This document shows, in pieces, positions 1 through 6,823 of a DNA stretch of 13,337 bases (within the stretch, counting starts at the first letter, position 1; each line of letters begins with the position of its first letter). Origin of the DNA: an uncultured Arcobacteraceae bacterium. Its GTDB lineage: Bacteria; Campylobacterota; Campylobacteria; Campylobacterales; Arcobacteraceae. Both the position numbers and the translations under genes were made by a program. The notes under the pieces were generated by a model. It made no database searches. It was not told the origin of the DNA and worked only from the letters and a program-made list of their open reading frames with translations. Where the stretch lies: NCBI GenBank assembly GCA_964022095.1, contig CAXHZO010000029.1:1-13337 (forward strand), read 5' to 3'.

Positions 1-2
1 TA

Positions 3-485
3 GATAGACAAAGAAAAACACCTTTATATTATGCAATAAAGAATAATTCAATTGATGTAGTTGATATGTTACTTCAAAGGGGTGTTGATCCTAATAATAC
101 TAGGTTTGTAAATAGGCATGATTATGCAGCAACTTTTACCGATCCAACAGAAGAAGCATTAGAAGGTGATCCTGCCTTATGGGATAGTGTATGTAATGAG
201 AAATATGAAATAACAGAGCTACTACTTAAATCGCCTAAGGTTGATGTTAATGAATACTATTATGCAAGAAATATATATCAACACTCGAAATCATGCTTAT
301 CAGATAAATATAAAAAAGATTATACAGATGATTTTGAGATAGATGATTATGGAACAAAAATGTATAAAAATATACCCCAAAGTATGGAAAGGACAATTAA
401 ACTTTTAGAGAGATATGGTGCTAAATATGAATTTCCTCAAGAAAGAGAAGGATATATTGAACATAGCAAAAAGGATAATAAGTGA
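3..485 (+). CDS. Ankyrin-repeat protein, 5' end outside the window (candidate immunity or accessory protein)
   Basis: The frame is open from nt 3 and reads DRQRKTPLYYAIKNNSIDVVD before the ATG at 66. This gives a canonical ankyrin repeat, TPLYYAIKNNSIDVVDMLLQRGVDPN. Further ankyrin-like segments are PALWDSVCNEKYEITELLLKSPKVDVN and TIKLLERYGAK. The TGA overlaps the next GTG (GTGA, 482-485). Confidence 0.85.
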   Translation, partial: DRQRKTPLYYAIKNNSIDVVDMLLQRGVDPNNTRFVNRHDYAATFTDPTEEALEGDPALWDSVCNEKYEITELLLKSPKVDVNEYYYARNIYQHSKSCLSDKYKKDYTDDFEIDDYGTKMYKNIPQSMERTIKLLERYGAKYEFPQEREGYIEHSKKDNK

Positions 486-1321
486 GCCAACTAAAGGGAA
501 GTAAATCAATAAACTATGTTGTTTTCAACATCCCCCTACTAATTCTAGTTCTCTTTATACAAATACCCCAACTATTTGCAAAAGAAAAAACAATAATATC
601 ACTTTATGGAAAAATAGATCCAAGGCTATATGTATCTGCAAGAACTTTATATAGATCAATGGATCCTAATGATATAAGAGAAAACTTTGAAGAGTGTACT
701 CAGTATAACTCTAGTACAAATCAAAGAAGACGAACCTTAGATTATGATATAAAATTCATAAATCCAAATAAAGATGGTGAATATAAATTAGATATTCCAA
801 TAAACTATTATGAAGAAAAAAATCCTTGTGGTTATGAGTATGTAGCAACGGAATTGCGAATAAAAAGGCATAAAGATGATGATTCTTTTGTTGAAATATA
901 TATTTTAAGTACTAACAAAAGATTAGGGAATAGAAGATCAACAATATCAGATTCAGTAAGTATAAGTATAGAAAGATTTCAAACAAACAAAAAATATCTA
1001 CAAGTAGCATCGGGGAGTAAGATTGATTGTTATACCGAACACTATATCAGTAAAAATAGAAGGACTAAACTTTTTGAAGAAAGTACCTCATTTATTTGTG
1101 AACCAGGAGATGAGAATAATGACAATGGAGTTGATGAGTTTAAAACTACTTCTATTAATCTAGATATTTTAATAAACAAAAATAAATCTACTATTTTAGA
1201 TCAAAGAATACCTAAAATAGGGACGATTAGTCGTATTAAACCTTACCACTTTATAGAGTATAAAAGACCTCCTACTTTTTTTGAAAAAGTTAAACTATAT
1301 ATTAAAAACCTAGTAAACTAA
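482..1321 (+). CDS. Exported (periplasmic) protein, paralog 1; putative immunity protein for the downstream Tle1-like lipase
   Basis: GTG start with AAGGA RBS at 471-475. Hydrophobic signal-like segment IPLLILVLFIQIPQLFA/KE. Four Cys (EECTQ, NPCGY, IDCYT, ICEP), all conserved in paralog 2. The immunity role is inferred from position only. Confidence 0.65.
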   Translation: MSQLKGSKSINYVVFNIPLLILVLFIQIPQLFAKEKTIISLYGKIDPRLYVSARTLYRSMDPNDIRENFEECTQYNSSTNQRRRTLDYDIKFINPNKDGEYKLDIPINYYEEKNPCGYEYVATELRIKRHKDDDSFVEIYILSTNKRLGNRRSTISDSVSISIERFQTNKKYLQVASGSKIDCYTEHYISKNRRTKLFEESTSFICEPGDENNDNGVDEFKTTSINLDILINKNKSTILDQRIPKIGTISRIKPYHFIEYKRPPTFFEKVKLYIKNLVN

Positions 1322-2163
1322 AGAAGATAAAATGAATAAAAATATAATCCCCCTACTAATTCTAGTTCTCTTTATACAAATACCCCAACTATTTGCAAAA
1401 GAAAAAACAATAATATCACTTTATGGAAAAATAGATCCAAGGCTATATGTATCTGCAAGAACTTTATATAGATCAATGGATCCTAATGATATAAGAGAAA
1501 ACTTTGAAGAGTGTACTCAGTATAACTCTAGTACAAATCAAAGAAGACGAACCTTAGATTATGATATAAAATTCATAAATCCAAATAAAGATGGTGAGTA
1601 TAAATTAGATATTCCAATAGACTATTATGAAGAAAAAAATCCTTGTGGTTATAAGTATGTAGCAACGGAATTGCGAATAAAAAGGCATAAAGATGATGAT
1701 TCTTATGTTGAAATGTATATTTTAAGTACTAACAAAATATTAACTAATAGAAGAGGGGAAATATCAGATTCGGGTTGGGCTGGTGTAAGAGGATTTAAAA
1801 CAAATAAGAAATATCTACAAGTAGCTTCTGGTAGTAAGATTGATTGTTACACAAAATATTATATTATTAAAGATAGAAGGACTAAACTTTTTAAAGAAAG
1901 TACCTTATTTACTTGTGAACCAGGAGATGAGAATAATGACAATGGAGTTGATGAGTTTAAAACTGCTTCTATTAATCTAGATATTTTAATAAACAAAAAT
2001 AAATCTACTATTTTAGATGAAAGAATACCTAAAATAGGGACGATTAGTCGTATTAAACCTTACCATTTCATAGAGTATAAAAGACCTCCTACTTTTTTTG
2101 AAAAAGTTAAACTATATATTAAAAACCTAATAAACTAAAGAAGATAAAATGAATAAAACAATA
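530..2163 (+). repeat. Direct tandem duplication, 817-bp unit (530-1346 / 1347-2163)
   Basis: Identity starts at atccccctact (530 vs 1347), and 530-780 is identical to 1347-1597. Both units end with taaactaaagaagataaaatgaataaaa, with ATGs at 1332 and 2149 exactly 817 nt apart. No indels seen. Confidence 0.95.
1332..2138 (+). CDS. Exported protein, paralog 2 (26 aa differences over 263 aligned aa versus paralog 1); putative immunity protein
   Basis: Manual ungapped alignment to 482..1321. Signal peptide MNKNIIPLLILVLFIQIPQLFA and the same four Cys. Ends 10 nt upstream of the DUF2235 gene. Confidence 0.65.
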   Translation: MNKNIIPLLILVLFIQIPQLFAKEKTIISLYGKIDPRLYVSARTLYRSMDPNDIRENFEECTQYNSSTNQRRRTLDYDIKFINPNKDGEYKLDIPIDYYEEKNPCGYKYVATELRIKRHKDDDSYVEMYILSTNKILTNRRGEISDSGWAGVRGFKTNKKYLQVASGSKIDCYTKYYIIKDRRTKLFKESTLFTCEPGDENNDNGVDEFKTASINLDILINKNKSTILDERIPKIGTISRIKPYHFIEYKRPPTFFEKVKLYIKNLIN

Positions 2164-3930
2164 ACAATGCTTATAGCCTTTGATGGAACAGGAAATCATA
2201 AAAAAAATGATGAAGCGATAGAAGATGATTCTCAAACAAATGTTGCAGAATTAGTTAACAGATACAATCTTCCAATAGAACATAAATTCTATAAAGAAGG
2301 TGTAGGAACAGTAGAATTAACAGAAGAACAAGTTCAACTAGTAAAAGATGGAAAAGCTAAAAAACAAGACTTCTATGACTCTAAAGATATGGCATTTGGT
2401 TTAAGTGTAAAAGATAAAGTAATATCTATGCTTAATAGAATAGAAGAGCCTATAAGAGATGCTTTAGAAGCAGCTGAAACAATCAACATAGACGTAACAG
2501 GATTTAGTAGAGGAGCAGCTAGTGCCAGAGATTTTGTAAATGAATTTAATAAAAGCTATTCTAAAGAGATACAAAGTGGCAAGATAAGTATAAACAATGT
2601 CATTTTATTTGATACTGTGGCAACTGTTTATTTAGCAAATAGTTACAATGAAGGTTTAAACCTAAACTTAAGTGAAAACTCTGCAAAAAATATTATTCAA
2701 TTCACTGCAAAAGATGAAAAAAGAGAAAATTTTCCCTTGGAGTCTTTAAAAGATATAAATGGCAACTTACCATCAAATACAAAAGAGTTTGTACTTTTTG
2801 GAGTACATTCAAATATTGGGGCGGGATATAAAAAAGTTGTTGTTGAGAATACTATTGTAAAAAGTGGATTTATTTCTTATCTTTCAGAAAATGAACTAGA
2901 ACTAAAAAAGACCCAATTTTTAAATGAAGGGGAAAAGTTAGGACTAAGTGTTGAGTTTAAGGAGTACTCAACTACACATAAAGGAATACAATACACCCAA
3001 CACAAATATAACTTTATTGATACAAAAATTATTTCAAATGAATTATCAAATGTCAGTTTACAACTAGCAATTGATGAACTAGTAAAAAGTGGTGCAAATA
3101 TAAATAATACATCAATCTTAAATAAACAAATTCCAAACGAACTTATACCTTATTATAATGCTATCAAAAATGGTCAAGATATTACCCCTTATGAATCAAT
3201 TGTTCAAAAATATATACATAACTCAGCCCATGATAAAACTGAAATGTTTTCAAATCCCAAAGATAAATTTATTGACTGGTTATCAAATAGAGATTTAGAT
3301 GAAAAAAGAGATATTTATTTAAATGAACCTTTAAAGGCAGTTAATCCAGAAAATCCACTTAGTTTTAATAATGAAGATAATCTAAAAGAAGATTTTATAG
3401 AATATGTAAAAGAAACCTACACTATAAATATAGCGGGAGTATATCATATTGATAATAACTCTATCAAAGCTATTGAGGATATAAAAGATTATTTAATAGA
3501 AAAACTCAACGTAAACAGTTTAAGTGATTTAAATAAAGACTCAATAGAAGAAAAAATCAATAATAACTCAACCATAAAACAAAAAGAGATATTCAATGAA
3601 AAGATTAATGATTTTAATGATTTTGTAAAAGCATTTATGGAAGGGACTGAACCCAAAGAAGATATAGAAAAGCTTCAAAAAGAAATAGAAACTATAAAAC
3701 AAAAAGAAACATTTGATGAAAAAATCAATGATTTCAACAATATGAACTTCAAAGATTTTACATCAAATCTATACATCGAACATCAATTTTCAAAATGTCG
3801 AGATGAAATTATTGAAAAAACTACATTTTCTGATATTAACATAAATAACAAAGAAGAATACAAACCATCGTTTTTTCAAGCTTTTGAGAACAATAATTCT
3901 AATTCTTCAAATATTCAAACATTGAATTAA
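2149..3930 (+). CDS. DUF2235 / Tle1-family alpha/beta-hydrolase (phospholipase effector) with C-terminal extension
   Basis: Family motifs: AFDGTGNH, TNVA, YKEGVGT, DVTGFSRGAASARDF (Ser120), LFDTVA (Asp155), DEKRENFPL, FGVHSNIGAGY (His220), ELSNVSL, YIHNSAH, RDIYLN. No signal peptide. Confidence 0.88.
   Translation: MNKTITMLIAFDGTGNHKKNDEAIEDDSQTNVAELVNRYNLPIEHKFYKEGVGTVELTEEQVQLVKDGKAKKQDFYDSKDMAFGLSVKDKVISMLNRIEEPIRDALEAAETINIDVTGFSRGAASARDFVNEFNKSYSKEIQSGKISINNVILFDTVATVYLANSYNEGLNLNLSENSAKNIIQFTAKDEKRENFPLESLKDINGNLPSNTKEFVLFGVHSNIGAGYKKVVVENTIVKSGFISYLSENELELKKTQFLNEGEKLGLSVEFKEYSTTHKGIQYTQHKYNFIDTKIISNELSNVSLQLAIDELVKSGANINNTSILNKQIPNELIPYYNAIKNGQDITPYESIVQKYIHNSAHDKTEMFSNPKDKFIDWLSNRDLDEKRDIYLNEPLKAVNPENPLSFNNEDNLKEDFIEYVKETYTINIAGVYHIDNNSIKAIEDIKDYLIEKLNVNSLSDLNKDSIEEKINNNSTIKQKEIFNEKINDFNDFVKAFMEGTEPKEDIEKLQKEIETIKQKETFDEKINDFNNMNFKDFTSNLYIEHQFSKCRDEIIEKTTFSDININNKEEYKPSFFQAFENNNSNSSNIQTLN
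3571..3738 (+). repeat. Internal 16-aa repeat with 40-aa (120-bp) period in the effector C-terminal extension
   Basis: TIKQKEIFNEKINDFN (3571-3618) versus TIKQKETFDEKINDFN (3691-3738), 14/16 aa identical. Confidence 0.9.
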
Positions 3931-3931
3931 A

Positions 3932-5266
3932 ATGGCAATTTCAAACAAACTATTATTTATAACTGTATTAGTAGAAGGATTTGTATCAATTGGAGTAGAA
4001 ATATTTGCTATAAGGCAAATGATACCTTATGTAGGAAGTAATATTTTAAATACAAGTATTATAATAGGTGTGTTTTTATTATTTCTTTCTTTAGGATACT
4101 ATAGAGGTGGACTGATAAAAAAAGACTTTAAACAATACTTATTAAATAATCTAATAAATAGTACTTTAATACTTAGTTTTGGATTATCATCTTTATTTTT
4201 ATCATGGTATTATGATTTTTTCGAGAGAATTGGGAATATTTATGGATTAGTCATCTTTACTTTTATAATAATAGCTCCTATTATATATTTATTAGGGCAA
4301 ACCATACCTATAGTTACTAATTTTATGAAGAATCTAACTTCTTCAAAAATAAATGGGACTTTATTGTTTTTATCAACTATTGGTTCATTCTTAGGTTCAA
4401 TTATAACCTCAACGGTACTACTAAACTTTTTAGGTGTAGACAACACTTTAATTGTATATATCACAATTTTATTTATATTAATAGTTATCTTATCTAAATA
4501 TATTAAACTTAATAAATTTTATTACTTTATCAGAATACTTTCAATTATATTAATAACAGTATTTTTCAATTCAAAAAGTCTTTATTTATATTCAAATACA
4601 TATTCAAGTGTATCAATAAAAAAAGACAATAATAACACAAGATATTTACAAATAAACAATAGTTTTTCAAGTTCATATAATGAAAAAACAAATAGTTCTA
4701 ACTTTAAGTATATTTTATTTTTAGAAAACCAAATAAAAGATATCATGAACATGAATAAAAAAGACATTTTAGTAATTGGTGCAGGAGGATTTACTTTATC
4801 ATTAAAAGATAAAGTAAATAACTATACTTATATAGATATTGATGATGATCTAAAAAAATATAGCGAAAAATATTTTCTAAAAAAACAGATTAATGGAAAA
4901 TTTATAAATAATGATATTAGATTTTACTTTTCAAATACAAAAAACAAATATGATATAATAATATTAGATGCCTTTAGTAATAAAAGAACTATTCCTTCTT
5001 TTTTATTAACACAAGATTTTTTTTCACAAATCAATCAACATTTAAATCAAACGGGTACTCTATTAATAAACTTTATTGGCTCTCCAAAATTTGAGAACAA
5101 CTATTCTAGACACTTTAACCAAACTATAACTAGTTTATTTAACTGCACTGTTGAACCACTAAATAAAACTCATAAAATATCAAATATAATTTATACTTGC
5201 TACGCTAAAAATGATTCTATTATATACACAGACAATAAAATTAATTTATTTGAATTAATTCAATGA
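3932..5266 (+). CDS. Membrane-domain-fused spermidine-synthase-like SAM-dependent transferase
   Basis: The N-terminal ~215 aa form multiple hydrophobic helices (EGFVSIGVEIFAIRQMIPYVG..., STIGSFLGS). The C-terminal class I SAM fold has ILVIGAGGFTL, YIDID, YDIIILDAF and LLTQDFF. Starts 1 nt after the effector stop codon. Confidence 0.8.
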   Translation: MAISNKLLFITVLVEGFVSIGVEIFAIRQMIPYVGSNILNTSIIIGVFLLFLSLGYYRGGLIKKDFKQYLLNNLINSTLILSFGLSSLFLSWYYDFFERIGNIYGLVIFTFIIIAPIIYLLGQTIPIVTNFMKNLTSSKINGTLLFLSTIGSFLGSIITSTVLLNFLGVDNTLIVYITILFILIVILSKYIKLNKFYYFIRILSIILITVFFNSKSLYLYSNTYSSVSIKKDNNNTRYLQINNSFSSSYNEKTNSSNFKYILFLENQIKDIMNMNKKDILVIGAGGFTLSLKDKVNNYTYIDIDDDLKKYSEKYFLKKQINGKFINNDIRFYFSNTKNKYDIIILDAFSNKRTIPSFLLTQDFFSQINQHLNQTGTLLINFIGSPKFENNYSRHFNQTITSLFNCTVEPLNKTHKISNIIYTCYAKNDSIIYTDNKINLFELIQ

Positions 5267-5300
5267 TTGTTATTTACTTGTAATCAAACTCAATTAAAAT
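5267..5300 (+). promoter_or_regulatory. Pho-box-like direct repeat (TTGTTAT-ttac-TTGTAAT, 5267-5284) and -10 box TAAAAT (5295-5300)
   Basis: Two 7-mers resembling the PhoB half-site CTGTCAT, 11 bp apart, ending exactly 10 bp before a TAAAAT hexamer. The ATG follows the -10 after a 6-nt spacer with no Shine-Dalgarno. Confidence 0.55.
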
Positions 5301-5306
5301 GCTTCC

Positions 5307-6047
5307 ATGAAATACAGAAGCATTTTTATATCAGATGTACACTTAGGAACACGCTTTTCAAAAGCAAAAAAATTAGTGAAATTTTTAAATCATCATGAAT
5401 GTGAAAACCTCATCTTAGTGGGAGATATTATAGATGGGTGGGCCATTAAAAGAAAACTTATTTGGCCTCAAGCACATTCTGATGTAATACAAAAAGTTTT
5501 AAAAAAAGCAAGAAAAGGTACTGAAGTTACTTTTATTACAGGTAACCATGATGAGTTTTTAAGACCATTTGTACCCTTAGTTTTAGGAAACTCTCTTAAT
5601 ATTTCAAATGAATTAGAATACAGTTCATTAAATGGAAAAAAATATTATGTGACCCATGGTGATTTTTTTGACTCAATTACTATGACTAAAAAATGGTTAG
5701 CAATTCTTGGTGATTATGGATATGATTTACTATTACATCTAAATGCAGGATTAAACTTCATTAGAAGAAAGCTAGGAATTCAAAAATACTGGTCACTATC
5801 AAAATATGTAAAAGATAATGTAAAATCTTCAGTTTCATTTATTAGTGATTTTGAAAGTGTTTTATCTAATCATGCAAAAAATAAAGGATATGATGGTATC
5901 ATTTGTGGTCATATTCACAAAGCTGAAATTAGAGATATTGATGGAATTGAATACCTCAATTGTGGTGACTGGGTAGAAAATTGTACAGCAGTTGTTGAAA
6001 CGTATGACGGAGAATTCAAAATTATAAATTGGTTAGATAAAGAATGA
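5307..6047 (+). CDS. Calcineurin-like metallophosphoesterase of the LpxH/YbbF family, most similar in motif pattern to PlcP-type phospholipase C (often annotated UDP-2,3-diacylglucosamine hydrolase)
   Basis: Motifs FISDVHLGT, LVGDIIDGW, WPQAHSDVIQKVLKKARKG, GNHDEFLR, HGDFFD, YWSLSKYVK, ICGHIH, YLNCGDWVENCTAVVE. Confidence 0.85.
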   Translation: MKYRSIFISDVHLGTRFSKAKKLVKFLNHHECENLILVGDIIDGWAIKRKLIWPQAHSDVIQKVLKKARKGTEVTFITGNHDEFLRPFVPLVLGNSLNISNELEYSSLNGKKYYVTHGDFFDSITMTKKWLAILGDYGYDLLLHLNAGLNFIRRKLGIQKYWSLSKYVKDNVKSSVSFISDFESVLSNHAKNKGYDGIICGHIHKAEIRDIDGIEYLNCGDWVENCTAVVETYDGEFKIINWLDKE

Positions 6048-6799
6048 ACTTAGCTTTAGTTTTAGGTGGAGGTGCAGCTCGTGGTGCTTTTCACTTAGGT
6101 TTTTTACATTTTTGTGAAGAAAATAACATCCAAATAAATGCCTATAGTGGCTCTTCAATTGGAGCAATAATAAGTGCATCTCATGCAAGTGGAGTTAAAG
6201 CAAAAGAACTGCTAAAAATATTTGCAAGTAATGATGTAAAAAAAGCTTTGAAATTTAACTACTTTAAAAATGGATTACTAAGAATAGAACAAACACACAA
6301 AATCATTGATAAAATACTTCCCATAAAAAAACTTGAAGATATCCCAAAACCAGTTTGGGTAAATGCTTATGATATAAAAAAAAGAGAACTTCACTATTTT
6401 AATAGTGGAGACACTGTAACTTTATGTATGGCATCAAGTGCTTTAACACCAATTTTTAGACCAATTTCTTATGAAAATATGTATTTAATTGATGGTGGAT
6501 TATTTGATAATTTACCAATAAAACCTTTAGAGAATAAAGGCTACAATATTTTGACAATTGACCTTTTTGCAAAGAAAAAAGGAAACAACTTTTTTTATAA
6601 ATTAAATCCCATAAAACCTATCAAAAAAGCAATTTTCACTCAACTTCATGAAAACCATAAATACTCAGTAAAAACAACAAATCAATACCTTGGTAGTGAA
6701 TTTATAACTGATTTTTCACTATTTACTTTTAGCCAATTAAATGATTGTTTTAATCTAGGTTTTAAAGAGGCTCAAAAACATTTTTTAGATATACTATAA
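6044..6799 (+). CDS. Patatin-like phospholipase (RssA/NTE family)
   Basis: Oxyanion motif LVLGGGAARG, nucleophile motif GSSIG, ASSA, and DGG. ATGA overlap with the upstream gene. Confidence 0.9.
   Translation: MNLALVLGGGAARGAFHLGFLHFCEENNIQINAYSGSSIGAIISASHASGVKAKELLKIFASNDVKKALKFNYFKNGLLRIEQTHKIIDKILPIKKLEDIPKPVWVNAYDIKKRELHYFNSGDTVTLCMASSALTPIFRPISYENMYLIDGGLFDNLPIKPLENKGYNILTIDLFAKKKGNNFFYKLNPIKPIKKAIFTQLHENHKYSVKTTNQYLGSEFITDFSLFTFSQLNDCFNLGFKEAQKHFLDIL
6781..6795 (+). promoter_or_regulatory. Putative sigma70 promoter of dnaE inside the patatin 3' end (-10 TATACT, 6790-6795)
   Basis: A T-tract followed by agaTATACT, ~28 nt upstream of the dnaE ATG. This is the usual Campylobacterota promoter layout. 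Confidence 0.45.
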
Positions 6800-6823
6800 A
6801 TAAAAATTAAAAAGATTTATAAT

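Noticed and set aside
530-2163. Diversity-generating retroelement TR/VR pair
   Set aside because: Differences are not adenine-specific (tcg/tct, ggg/ggt, tat/tac, caa/gaa), both copies are full genes, and there is no reverse transcriptase in the window.
4240-4767. Minus-strand ORFs 4240..4464 and 4582..4767
   Set aside because: Short antisense shadows of the 444-aa gene with no recognisable motifs.
5307-6047. Assigning the symbol lpxH
   Set aside because: The motif pattern and promoter context fit the PlcP-like subfamily at least as well. This cannot be decided without a phylogeny.
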